The translations under genes were made by a program, and so were the position numbers. 64,000 nt of DNA. Origin: Eledone cirrhosa (taxonomy: Eukaryota). Below, in pieces: positions 1-13,014 of the stretch. The stretch's first letter is position 1. Each line of letters opens with the position of its first letter. The stretch spans positions 73,904,001 through 73,968,000 of the forward strand of contig OZ024742.1 in the NCBI GenBank assembly GCA_964016885.1, given 5' to 3'. The notes under the pieces are model-generated. The model had not been told where the DNA came from, searched no databases, and saw only the letters and a list, made by a program, of their open reading frames with translations.

Positions 1-71
1 CGGGGTCGATGAAAATAAAGTACCAGTAATGCACTGAGTAATTGCTGGCCTTGTGCCAAAAAAGTAGAAAC

Positions 72-105
<34 letters not shown>

Positions 106-111
<6 letters not shown>

Positions 112-1110
112 GGAAAAGAATGAAACGAAATTTCATTTCTCACTCTTAGTACGGCTGACACCTAAATATAAGTATGTATACGTACATACATATATGTGTA
201 CAGACGTACAGTAGTATGTATATATATACATACATGCTCAGATATATATATGTACGTATGGGTTTACCGAACATTTATTATAATGTTCGGTTTGTTTGTA
301 AACAAACAGCCCGAATTACGCCGTACAGTGCTCAGCAACCATCGTCGCCCTTTTGTTCAACACTGACACAGGAACGATGTACTAGTTTCAAGGTTATTAG
401 CTATCGTCTGCATCGTATACCTTCCTGTCATATGATTGAACGTTTGAAAGTATATACTTTCCTTATGCATATTAACGGCTGAGCAGCCTAATTTGCATAT
501 CGAGTGAGTTAGTCGGCCGGGCGTACCGAAAACGATAAATGGAAAAGAATGAAACGAAATTTCATTTCTCTCTCTTAGTACGGCTGATACCTAAATATAA
601 GTATGTATACGTACATACATATATGTGTACAGACGTACAGTAGTATGTATATATATACATACATACATACATATATATATATGTTCGTATGGGTTTATAT
701 CTGATAGGAAGGTATACGATGCTGACGATAGCTAATAATCTTGAAACTAGTACATCGTTCCTGTGTCAGTGTTGAAGAAAAGGGCGACGAGGGTTGCCGA
801 GCACTGTACGGCGTAATTCGGGCTGTTTGTTTACAAACAAACCGAACATTATAATAAATGTTCGGTAAACCCATACGTACATATATATATATGTGTGTAT
901 GTATGTATATATATACATACTACTGTACGTCTATACACATATATGTATGTACGTATACATACTTATATTTAGATATCAGCCGTACTAAGAGTGAGAAATG
1001 AAATTTCGTTTCATTCTTTTCCATTTATCGTTTTCGGTACGCCCGACCGACTAACTCGTTCGATATGCAAATTAGGCTGGTCAGCCGTTAATACGCATAA
1101 GGAAAGTATA
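106..1110. mobile_element. Non-coding hammerhead-bearing unit (~430 bp): partial tandem plus circularly permuted inverted copy, between (TA)n tracts (PLE pLTR/retrozyme-like)
   Basis: The start of the 106-535 unit is repeated at 536-~700. 701-1110 is the reverse complement of 450-535 joined to 106-430. A hammerhead is present in both orientations. Confidence 0.75.
716..758 (+). ncRNA. Type I minimal hammerhead ribozyme
   Basis: acgatg-CTGACGA-tagctaataatctt-GAAA-ctag-TA-catcgt: 6-bp stem I, palindromic stem III (ACTAGT), GUA site, weak stem II. The minus-strand twin at 374-416 has the core CAGACGA. Confidence 0.7.
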
Positions 1111-1127
1111 TATATATATATATAATA

Positions 1128-1260
1128 AGAGTTACGGCCCTTGCCATTCTGAGTTCAAATCCCGCCGAGGTTAACTTTGCCTTTCATCCTTACGGGGTCG
1201 ATAAAATAAAGTACCAGTAGTACACTGGGTAATTGCTGGCCTTGTGCCAAAAGTAGAAAC

Positions 1261-1266
<6 letters not shown>
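1128..1266 (+). mobile_element. SINE family A, 5'-truncated (3' part also at 1-77)
   Basis: ctgagttcaaatcccgccgagg...ggggtcgataaaataaagtaccagt...gtagaaacaattat, shared with more than 10 copies in the window; B-box-like GTTCAAATCC. Confidence 0.8.
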
Positions 1267-1335
<69 letters not shown>

Positions 1336-1372
1336 ATTGATAAGAAACTGATTTTTGTTTAATGCATTCAAT

Positions 1373-1419
1373 TGCTAACGATCGTTTCTTCCAGACATAG
1401 GTCTGGAATCATCGGAGCA
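1373..1419 (-). ncRNA. Hammerhead ribozyme motif, core variant CCGAUGA
   Basis: tgct-CCGATGA-ttccagac ctat gtctggaa-GAAA-cgatcg-TT-agca: perfect 8-bp stem II, palindromic stem III. Confidence 0.7.
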
Positions 1420-2009
1420 TATACAATGCTCTGTACAATCTCTGATATTTTGATTGAGCTATTTTTCCTACTGGTAATCGGGTAATACACAGTATTACCC
1501 TTATCTTATTTATAATTATATATATATATTATATGTATAATTATAAATATTATTATTGTTATTATTATTATTATTGTCATTATATATATATTATATATAT
1601 ATCAGTGAAGAATGTTGACTGGGGTAGTTCACTAAGTCTGATGTACATTTTTCACAAATATGAAGGAAGTGGATCGTATATATTTTCTCCATTTCATGTA
1701 ACAATGATTTTTTTTCCTAACCTACTCCCACCCGACACACCGAACCACACCCCATCCCACACATCACCCCACTTCCACTCCACACACCACCCCAGCCTAC
1801 ATCTCTCACATAATAATGACTTCAACAGAAAAAAACAAACAAACAAAACAAAAATGTATAAATAGAGAAAACGTCTAGGATTGCGAGAGTAAAGCAACAC
1901 TGGTGTGAATGTGTAGAAACACTTCTCAGAAGACTGCACAGCAATGTACAGGAAATTCTTGGCCAACTGAAAATTACTGGAAAGGGCATCTACCACCCCT
2001 CTCCCTCTT

Positions 2010-2040
<31 letters not shown>

Positions 2041-2129
2041 TTTACACACGCACACACATGCATATATGTGTGTGTATGTTTATATATATAAATATACATA
2101 TATATGTATATATATGTGTGTATAGAAAT

Positions 2130-2181
<52 letters not shown>

Positions 2182-2200
2182 ATATATATATGTGTGTATA

Positions 2201-2250
<50 letters not shown>

Positions 2251-2356
2251 TGTGTGTGTGTGTGTATATATTTATATGTATATATATGTGTGTGTATATA
2301 TATATATATATAAATTTATATGTATATATATATGTGTGTGTATATATATATATATG

Positions 2357-2392
<36 letters not shown>

Positions 2393-2393
2393 G

Positions 2394-2470
<77 letters not shown>

Positions 2471-2520
2471 AATATACATACATATATATATATATATGTG
2501 TGTGTGTGTTTGTGTATGTA

Positions 2521-2567
<47 letters not shown>

Positions 2568-2586
2568 ATATATATATATATATATA
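2010..2586. repeat. Compound (CT)n/(TA)n/(TG)n/(TATC)n microsatellite field
   Basis: Direct reading of the sequence. Confidence 0.95.
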
Positions 2587-3181
2587 ACGAACTTTACGAC
2601 CACGACCTAAGGCAGAGAAGAAGAGAAGAGATCCAATCAGGCGTAGAATAGCGGTGTTTACGAGTCTATTATATATTAACTTACAGTAATACGCGTAGTA
2701 ACCTTCTGAAATTTCAGAAATTGTCTCCCTCACTGACTCACCTACATACATACACAGCTTAGTACTGTCATGCATGCATTTATACACACATAATTACACA
2801 TCTAATTGATTATGCGATCATATTTAACAGCATTTGGACAAGTATAACGACATAAGGAAGACTGACAAGCGTACAAAGGTATTTTAAGGCAAAGAGGCAG
2901 CTGTAACCAAATAGAAAAAAAACGATAAACTGAGAAACGGAGGGAGAGTAAGGTATCTAATCAAATATACATTAGATTCATTAATCTGTTGGATTGATAC
3001 TTCAATAAACAAATGAATAATTAATTTTAAGCAAATGAAAGAGATTAGCATCCAATTTATCGTCAGCCTAAACACATGTGACCTTCTCTTTGAGTATCCG
3101 TAGAGAAAGGGATAATAAGGAAATATATCAACTATGAGACATATTACTGGACAAGGGGCCAGAAATATCGGAGAGAGGCAG

Positions 3182-3414
3182 AGGGTGTGTGTGTGTGTGA
3201 AGGGTTGGGTGAGTGAGTGTGTGTGTGTATAGGGTGGGTGATTGGGTGAGTGTGTGTATGTGTGAAGGGGTGGGTGATTGGGTGGTTGGTTGAGTGAGTG
3301 TGTGTGTGTGTGTGTGAAGGGTGGGTGATTGGTTGAGTGAGTGTGTGTGTGTGTGTCAAGGGGTTGGTGATTGGGTGAGTGAGTGTGTGTGTGAAGGGGT
3401 GGGTGGTTGGGTGA

Positions 3415-3457
<43 letters not shown>

Positions 3458-3572
3458 GGGGTCAGTGGTTGGGTGAGTGAGTGTATGTGTGTGTGAAGTG
3501 GTGGGTGATTGGGTGAGTGAGGATGTGTGTGTGAAGGGGTGGGTGATTGGGTGAGAGAGAGAGAGCGCGCAA

Positions 3573-3644
<72 letters not shown>
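3182..3644. repeat. G/T-rich minisatellite (gggtgggtgattgggtgagtga(gt)n gaag) followed by (GA)n
   Basis: About 9 degenerate units, then a long (GA)n tract. Confidence 0.85.
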
Positions 3645-3647
<3 letters not shown>

Positions 3648-5624
3648 CATTCATACACTAACGGAGCAGCCATTAAACAGTCGTTTGACATGCCAGAATT
3701 AACAGCCCAATTGTCTTCAAATCCCACCCTATCTTATAAAGGAATGGACCCACTGTTTAATATGTTTCTTGACACATTATATGAAATGGTTTAGCCAGAA
3801 CCACGTGTCATTGTAGGTCTGTTCAATCAGGGCTGACTTGGAGCTAAACAACCGGAACAACAACATGAGAAACAGGTTACTATCGATAGTGATAGTTACT
3901 ATAATGTCGTCTAAAACTTGGAACATTTTTTCTTGAATAATATACTGTCTCGAACTTTCAATAATTCCACCTTTTTTTCATGTCAGGGTAAGATTAACCA
4001 TTAAGCCAAATAAACACATGCTTAGGTCACCAAGAGAAGAGAGGCACCATTTTTTGCTGACTTTATATATGGAAGCACCATAAACATCCAAGTGGTTAGG
4101 GCCTCAAAAGGACTTAATACGGCATTGACAATATAGAAAATTGTAAATATCTTTTGGGGCTGAAGGTCTCCTGCTGCTTATCTCTGATTTCTCGATATTA
4201 AACAGATGCCCCCCCCCCCAAATCATACAACGATCTTCGCTTGTATTCCAAGCTGATTTGGACCGAATTCCTGCTTATTGAAGTAACTAACTACTACAGC
4301 CGTCACTTTCAATCGAGTATGACTCAGTAGTATGTACCATACTTTCGCTAAGGTACCTAAAATGTACCCATGCTGTCTCAAGCAGGCACAGACACCCTCT
4401 CGATTCTCTTTTATCCAGTGGAATATCCAGGATGTTACAGCTGGAAGGAGAGAGGAGACACCTCCAGTACTGAGCTGGTACTTTCTTTATCAACCCTGAA
4501 AGGATAAAAGGCAAAGTGGACCTCCGGGGAATTTGAACTCAGAATGTAGAGACCCAGAAAACAAACACTCAACGTTCTAACAACTCTGCCAGATCAACCG
4601 CCTGAGTTATTAAAGCATCGGTAGTAGAATAAATTGTAGTAACCAAATGCTCAACGAAGTTTCCGCAGCTGTTTAAAACCAGTCTCCTTTGAACTGGTAG
4701 TCGATACCACACATAGTCAGCCATTTCTACTGTCACTGAAATAGTCAGACAGTAATTCTAGTGAGTAATTTGTTCTTTATTAAAATTCCTCGTGTTACTC
4801 ATCATGCTGACCTTACTTTAAAGATGAAGAGGAAATGTTTTGCAATGACCCAAAACAAAAGCAAAGAAAAGGAAAGATTTTTAAAATGAAGTTTCTGAGC
4901 TAAGAATTACATATTTCATGGACATGATAGTAATGAGTAACTTGACCGGGAATGAGAATAAGAATAACATTGGATTTCTTTGAGATGTAAATGTACATTG
5001 ATTTTTAATTTAGAAACGAGGCCAGCAAATTTGGGATAAAGGGTGAAAGATGTGAATATATATTAAAACAAATTAACCGCAAAACTTATATTAAAACAAG
5101 TCATAGTTATTAAATTTGTTTACAGAATTTTTAAGCTTAAACAATTCGCCAGTTATTAACTGTGATTGTGAGGGAAGTCTTAGTTTACATTGGCAGAAAG
5201 AAATCGTTGGCCGTGAAACAATTAATATAACATTGACGAGCGTTCAAGTTGTTTGAGCAATGGAACAACCTACTCACGAAATTACCGTGCAAGTGATTGA
5301 TCATTCTATAGACATGTGCATCCTTAACGTATTTTACAGGAAGATTCAATGTGACAGGGCTGCTCCTTTGAATTACAGATACAATTCCATAGACGTATAC
5401 CCTTAACCTATTTCTCAGGGAGATTCAGTGTGACACGACTTGTAACAAGGCTGCTCCTTTGAATTACAGGCACAATTCATTTTTGCTAGGTGGGTGGACT
5501 GGTGCAACGTGAAATAAAATGTTTGGGATTCACAACTTTCCAATCGATATTACATACAGTTTTTTTACTCACTGACTTTCTCTGCTTCTCTCACTTCCTA
5601 CTTCTACTTCTTTGTCATAGTCCT

Positions 5625-5667
<43 letters not shown>

Positions 5668-5721
5668 GTCTTCCCTCCTGCTCTTTCTTTCTCTCTCCTT
5701 ATACCCTTTCTCTCTTTCTCG

Positions 5722-5759
<38 letters not shown>

Positions 5760-7151
5760 ATCTGGCACCCTCCATTTCCACTACTTTTAGTTACCCTTCA
5801 CACTTGATTTTGTTTGACCTTTCATTAAATATCATAAACTTAGACTACATTTTCCAATAAAGTCCTGCTGGCTTTTGTGGTTCAGGCGAATATGTAGCGG
5901 GCTCTTTATTGTTATTATTAATTTATATATATATATTTTTTTTTGTAATTTAGAGGTTAGCCACTCCTACCCCACCATACACACACAAGCATCTCCCGTT
6001 TTAATATTAACTCCTTCTCCATGTGTGCCATTAGTGGAGTTTACTCCTTTGCAAGGTTTCAGTCCAGCCTCCGGATAGATTGATGTCGTAATCTCATGGA
6101 ACCCTGACAGCCTCTACCATTTCCTGTCTTCGGCGAAAAGAAAAGAAAAAACAAAAAAAGTTACTAAACCTGTTGGACAATTCTCCCATATGTATATATA
6201 TATATATATATATTCCTCTTGCATCAAACCCCACCACCCACACCCTCCCATCCCACACCTACCACCCCCATACTACACCGCCCATCTACACTCAACAATG
6301 TATATACACACACACCCTTTGTCCCCACCTTACGGTTTACCCACTGACCCCACCCCCACTAACGCACTAACCTCTTATCCTACATCACCACCCGCCACTC
6401 GTATCTTCCTCTTTCCTTTTACCTCCTCCTACTATCACCACTAACCTCTACCCACACACACCCCACACCTCGTCACCCCACTAACACAACTAACCCCCTA
6501 CCCATCCCCACACCTCACACCACCACCCCTTCCATCACCCTATAACCTACTGATAATCCCACCCCACCCACACCTACCTACCAGTTACCGACTATCGCCC
6601 CATACCTCCACACCCACACCCATCCTTCCCGCCACCCCGTCACCCTCTAATCCACTAACTCCCCACCACACATCTCACTTATGGTCCCTACCCAACACTT
6701 GGTCTAGTCCTGGCCCCTCTCTGTGTACATACGCGTATGTACACATCAAAACAGCGATTGACAGAACCCTCCCACACACACCGACAATATCTCCTCGCAT
6801 GTCCACTACGCTTTCTACACACACATACACATAACCCCATACACACATGCAACTCTCAGCTACCTCCGCCCACACACACACCTACCTGTCTACACAGCTA
6901 ACTACCGCTCACACACACATAGTAGCACTACCACTCTCACCCACCATGTTCTGTTTTGTTGGCACCACCTCCTCCCCTCCTCCTCACACATTGTCCTGCC
7001 ATCACCACTCTCTGCTCTTACTCTTTCGACTTGACTACCACTTCCGGTTGCCCATGTCACACTGCCATTTCGCTTCCTCATCGCCATTTTTCTTTTGCTC
7101 GGATTTTACCTCACGATCTCATTTACACAGGCGAGAAAAAGTGTGGGCAGG

Positions 7152-7194
7152 ATCGTCCTGATGAAAGCAGTTAAGTTCGAAATGCATTGACGAT
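7152..7194 (+). ncRNA. Degenerate hammerhead ribozyme downstream of a C/A-rich tract (probable PLE 3' end)
   Basis: atcgtc-CTGATGA-aagcagttaagttc-GAAA-tgca-TT-gacgat: 6-bp stem I, palindromic ATGCAT stem III, poor stem II. Confidence 0.65.
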
Positions 7195-7377
7195 TGTCCC
7201 CCTTGCTTCTGCTGGACACCACAAGAGGGCGATAACCCTGTGTTTTGCATAGCTACGGCTTTCTAAATGTTTGTCCATAATCATACCGTATTTCTTCAGA
7301 AATACGAAATTTCAAGACACATATACAGCTATGCATGAAGCTAAATCCTAATTTTATTCTCTCTCTTTCTCTCTCTT

Positions 7378-7426
<49 letters not shown>

Positions 7427-7637
7427 AATATGGGGAGAAGAATACTGCATGGTTGCACATGGATAACATGTTATAAAATGAGTCCCTCATCAGTGATTTG
7501 CCAACGGTCATTGGTATTTCATTGCATTAAATATATATATATATATATATATATAAGTTCTATTTAAATTGTTGGGATACAACAAGCAAATATTGTTATA
7601 ACTGATATAAAGCACTCAACAAATTATTGGAGTAAAA

Positions 7638-7865
7638 ATACGATATATTAACAAATGGAAACTATATTTATAAAACCATATTTATTTCATTATACATATT
7701 TCAAGGACACCAAGTTGAATTGTGGTGTGCTTTCATCAGATAAAATATAAAATATAATATATTATATCTGATGAAAGCACACCACAATTCAACTTGGTGT
7801 CCTTGTAATATGTATAATGAAATAAATATGGTTTTATAAATATAGTTTCCATTTGTTAATATATC

Positions 7866-7870
<5 letters not shown>
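7638..7870. repeat. Palindrome (~105-bp arms) with a hammerhead in each arm
   Basis: 7638-7742 is the reverse complement of 7766-7870; (TA)n tracts lie on both sides. Confidence 0.9.
7683..7747 (-). ncRNA. Type I hammerhead ribozyme
   Basis: tattttat-CTGATGA-aagcacacc..ggtgtcctt-GAAA-tatgta-TA-atgaaata: 8-bp stem I, 8/9-bp stem II. The plus-strand twin (7766-7823) has GAAA changed to GTAA. Confidence 0.8.
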
Positions 7871-7918
<48 letters not shown>

Positions 7919-7919
7919 A

Positions 7920-8110
7920 ATAGAAGTACAGCATATTTGAAGCTCGAGCCGCAGCTAAGCCGACGAAAGCCTTCAGCAGTGCAGCCAAGCACTCGACAAG
8001 GTATAAAACCTCAGAGTAATAGCATACAGTTTAAAGAGCTTTGCAAATTGAAGATAGCGACCGGTAATCCTCCGCGGGGTCTGTAGCAACGAAAGAACTG
8101 ACTCGCGAGA
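7920..8110 (+). repeat. Unclassified dispersed repeat (also ~8740-8930, ~31070-31200, ~46485-46660)
   Basis: Shared consensus-like motif aagcactcaataaggta...agagtaataacattacgtttagacagc...aaattgaagatagcgaccgg. Confidence 0.7.
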
Positions 8111-8114
8111 AAAA

Positions 8115-8188
<74 letters not shown>

Positions 8189-8262
8189 AGGGTAAACATT
8201 GATGCAATTCAATTCAAGCACTCAACGTACTTTTTCCACATAGGAGTGACGGAGTAAATATC

Positions 8263-8710
8263 GAATAAGGAAAAGCGAAGTAGTTTCAGATGTTCAAGTC
8301 CTTTACTAATAATGCTGTGATATATATTTCAGTGACGACACTGGCCACACTGTTCTGTGTGCGAGTGTCGTGTCATCATCAGACAGCTTGTTACATAATA
8401 AGGTTATGTTTCCGAGGCAATCCAAATTGGATCGACAAGGTATAAAACCTCAGAGTAATCGCATACAGTTTAAAGGGCTTTGCAAATTGAAGATAGCGAC
8501 CGGTAATCCTCCGCGGGGTCTGTAGCAACGAAAGAACTGACTCTAATTTGGATTGCCTCGGAAACATAACCTTATTATGTAACAAGCTGTCTGATGATGA
8601 CACGACACTCGCACACAGAACAGTGTGGCCAGTGTCGTCACTGAAATATATATCACAGCATTATTATTAAAGGACTTGAACATCTGAAACTACTTCGCTT
8701 TTCCTTATTC
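8263..8710. repeat. Palindrome (~165-bp arms, 112-bp spacer) with a hammerhead in each arm
   Basis: 8263-8428 is the reverse complement of 8545-8710. The spacer copies 7993-8104. Confidence 0.9.
8586..8659 (+). ncRNA. Type I hammerhead ribozyme (identical twin at 8314-8387, minus strand)
   Basis: gctgt-CTGATGA-[acgacact..cacac..gtgtg..agtgtcgt]-GAAA-tatata-TC-acagc. The base of stem II is imperfect. Confidence 0.8.
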
Positions 8711-10020
8711 TATATATATATATATATATATATATACAAAATTTAGTACAGCATCATCGAAGCTCTGGTTGCAGCCAAGCTAACGAATGCAATCTCGGTG
8801 TACAGCTAAGCACTCAATAGGGTATATTACCCTAGAGTTATAACATTACGTTTAGACAGCTTTTCAAATCGAAGAGAGCGACCGTTAGACGGGCCTCAGT
8901 GACCATAGCGACGAAAAAAACTGAACTCAGGATAAAATTTGACTAACCTGGACCGTCGCGTCGACCTCATACACAACACATGATATATACCATATAATAT
9001 ATAATATCTCCGCTAGGTTTCTGTAAATACGAAATCGACAAAATCCACTTGCAGGGGTCTGTAAGTTAATGGTTTTTGGAAGATAGAACAAGGAATTTAC
9101 TTCATCAACAAGTTTTTCGTTCTCGTCCGCCCGAGTGTGAATGCTAGCAGTAAGCACTGCTAGAAGGCACATGGTTTTCCCGAAGGGAGGTAACCCCCGG
9201 TTTTGGCGGTCAATTCAAATTTGGAACAAAGGAATAAAATTCCTTTACACCATCCGAATTAAGCACTCAAATATATATATATATATATATATATATAACA
9301 AACCTGGACAATCACTTCGATATTTTGCAATATCTCAGTTAGGTTTCTGTAAATCCGTAATCAACAAAATCCGCTTGCAGTGTATGCAAGTTAAGTTTCT
9401 GGAAGATCGAACAGTGGATTTACTTTCTCAACAGGCTTTCGTTCAGCCGCCAGTCCGGTTGTGAATGCACATGTTACTCCAAAGGCAGCTAACCCCGGTT
9501 TTATATATATGGGACGATGCTTGTTGCTCGTTAACTGCTTATTCATGGTATATAACTTAATGGTTTGGTAAGGTCGACATTTGTTGTTGTTGTAAGAATG
9601 GTTTGGTAAGCAGAAATTGATAGAACAAGAACCAGACTTTAAAAGAGGTTATGGGGTTGATATGATCGTCTAAAACCAGGAAAAGAATACAAGAATATTG
9701 CATAATGTAATGCTAGATATACTGTGTTTGACAGTTAAGGTAGGGGTGCCTTTGGCCAGCAACAACGTAAACCACGTATACTGTTCCTCTCTCTGCTGAC
9801 TAGGCTGCACTTTGTTTTAAATTTCCCCCTAAAAGCCGACATCTGTGAATATGTAGATTCCACCCTCCCCACCGCCCACTTCTTTCACTTGACTGAGCAG
9901 CAAAGAATTTTAGTTACTCTTGTTTAAGGTTTCTTCTCTTTGCTATTCTAAATTCATCTTTTCTAATCTCTAAACTCCTCCAACTACCAACACTTCTTCG
10001 GGCATATCGCTTCCTGCTTT

Positions 10021-10099
<79 letters not shown>

Positions 10100-11141
10100 C
10101 CCTCGTTGACTCCAACACTTCTGTGTCCTCACAGTCATTAAACACTGGTGCCGTTGTTGCGATCTTCAACACATTATACTAACTGGCTTCATCCCCTGTT
10201 CGTATCTCTGACCGATAAAACAAACAGATCTTACATACACTCTTGATTTCTTTCTCACCTTTAAACCCAGTATATAGAAGACCATTGCAGTCTCTATCAA
10301 TTGGATCATCCGACTACCGTTTTATCTAAACTACTCACCACGCCTTTATTTACTACACTACGTGTGTTCATCTAATGGTCCGTGTAGTATTTTGGAAATA
10401 CTGACTGGTCGGAACTTCGCCAGTTCTACACTATCTCTGGCAGCACAAGTGCTTCACCCTTAATCCATGTAAGACAACTAAGCAGTTGGCTTAAGCTATC
10501 CTTCCCGGCATATCCATCTACATCACACACACAAACGATACTCATAACTCCCCAAACCCCCAAATGTGCTGCAGTATTTCATGCAAAGAATTCGGCCAAT
10601 AATATTTGGAAGAAATTCACTTCCTATAAACCAGACGACTACAGGGTAGTCATCCGAAATATAAACCATACCTCAGTGTATTACACAGCCCTCAACCCCC
10701 ATCCAACATCTTTTAAACTGCAGACAATCTTTCTGGTTCCTTACCAAAAGGATCTCAACCATGAAGGCTCTATAAGCAATATTCCTACAGAGCAGTGCTT
10801 ATAGAGTCACCACATTTGAAAAGTGGAAAGAGGGAGAGTTTCACAATGCTGGTAAAAATTATTTTAGCAAGAAACCAAAAGGTTCTGAGGACCTGTTCTA
10901 TGATAATAATTGTTTCTACTTTAGGCACAAGGCCAGCAATTAACCAGTGCATTACTGGTACTTTATTTTATCGACCCCATAATAATGTTTTGACATCTGA
11001 AACACATTCGATCGTGTCTGGTATCCTAATCTCCTAGCTAAACTGCTTGTCTATCACTATTTGTCTTTCGTAACTTGCATGGGATGTTTCCTATTAGATC
11101 ATACTATCACAAGGTGTGTTAATGGAGATTCCACTTCTTCT

Positions 11142-11231
<90 letters not shown>

Positions 11232-12170
11232 ACCCAACACGTGTGTGTCCCAAAGTTTGGTTCTATTCTCCACACTATATTCCTCACCACCATTTCATGC
11301 ATCAACAACTTTAATGCCGTAACATCAATCAACGCCAAACCCTACACAGATAATAGCACTCTTCACTCCTCCCTAACCTTCTCCACCCAAGCACATTCTA
11401 CTTACAACCTAGACACCTCACACCAAACTTGCACTGATTCTATAAAGAGAAATATGAAACAACCTCAAATGAGGTCAAGCCAATCTACTCTCCTTTAACA
11501 GAGCACAAACACCAAACACCCCAAAACATAAGCAACACGCAGCTGGAACGACCAAACCCGCTACAAATCTGAGCTCACCATAACTGAGGATATCTTCAAT
11601 ATAGCAGAGATTGCACCACAAAGACTGGTCATCCCGTTTCAGAAATCCCCCCAAGAAAAAAACCCAAACAACTTCAGCTCATAACTACTACTAATCCTAA
11701 ACAAAGGCCATGTGATATCTACAGTGGAATATAGCTCCTACATCTGGGCAGTGTTGTTGTTATACATACAGAGAGACACCTAAGACTTTACCCCGTCTCC
11801 AAAAGGGCTCCAAACTGATTAACAAGAAGCCGATCACTAATATTCCAGCCTTTGTTTCATACACCTCTCCTCACTCTACTTTTTCTATTGCTATTATAGC
11901 GCCCTCTACTCCACGGCTCGGTCTATCCCCCTGCTCACCTACCCCCATACAGGTCCAGTCGACTTACTCGTCTCTTCTTTCGTCACTCATATTATTCCCC
12001 CACCAAACCCTTCACTAAACACTTTGTCCAGTGTTCTTCCCCCGATCTTAACACCATTGGAATTCCCTCACTGCCCAGCAGTTCAAGAGGAATATCAACC
12101 GCGTCGATCCCAAAGATTTCGGAGGGTTTGGAAAAAGCATTGGAATAAGCCCTTTCTCCAGACAAAAGCA
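10100..12170 (+). mobile_element. Decayed CR1/Jockey-like LINE ORF2 remnant
   Basis: RT-like motifs: FDI*NTFDRVW (~10990), CVPKFGSIL (GVPQGSIL-like) and YTDNSTLHSS (YADD-like). Interrupted by a SINE fragment and (CT)n. Confidence 0.7.
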
Positions 12171-12188
12171 TTAGAAAAGAAAGAACGA

Positions 12189-12243
<55 letters not shown>

Positions 12244-13014
12244 GAGAGAGAAAAGAATGCCATTTGCTGACAATTATGTTTCGAGAGAAATTCTATAAAT
12301 GTTTATTTTCCTCTCAGTTTCGCTCATTTGACACCAAATCAATATATTTACAGTTTCATGCCACCACATGCAACCTCACCCTCTTATCTATCTCGTAAAG
12401 GTGTGTATAGTACCTGACAGTGTATAAATGGTTATGGTCATGTACGGTAGAGGGAGGGAGTGGATGTATCCTTGACTTAACGAAGAGACAAGATGTTTAT
12501 TTTTTGGTGTCCCCTTGACCTCAATGTAAAACGCTGTTGTTTACTGAGAAAATTAGACAGATTCAGACTGCATACGTCAACCATTATTCATAGACTTATG
12601 GACAGACAGCTAACAATATAAAAGGACAGCTCGACAGTTGGCAGGTGCACATAACAGATAACTAATCATTTTTCTGGATCTAGTCGGATGCGCGCGCACA
12701 CAATTACCCACATCATATGAATAAATAAAAATGTGTTGTTTTTTTAAATTAGGTATAAAGTGACAGTAAAGCACTTCAGTTGATAGACTTGTCTAAAGAA
12801 AAAAATGCAACATTTCCAGGCGTTTATAATATCACAGCTGTCAGTGCTTTTCACAGCTCTAGTAATATTGAGCCAAAGAATGGGCTTCTACTTTGTCACT
12901 TGACTTGCTGGAGATAACTGCCAAACTTCCCTCAAATTACATCTTACCTTTTAAATAAAGGACACAGATAATATAGTCATATATATATTTTTTTTTTTTT
13001 TTTACAAAATTTTT

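Noticed and set aside
478-535. ctgagcag..ccgaaaacg as a second hammerhead in the 430-bp unit
   Set aside because: The core and the stems do not fit.
2042-3727. YI-, HT-, CV- and SL-repeat ORFs here and throughout the window
   Set aside because: These are translations of microsatellites, not genes.
3983-4128. hAT-like MITE (also lone TIR-like ends near 29590 and 52720)
   Set aside because: The TIRs are poorly matched or unpaired and no TSD was identified.
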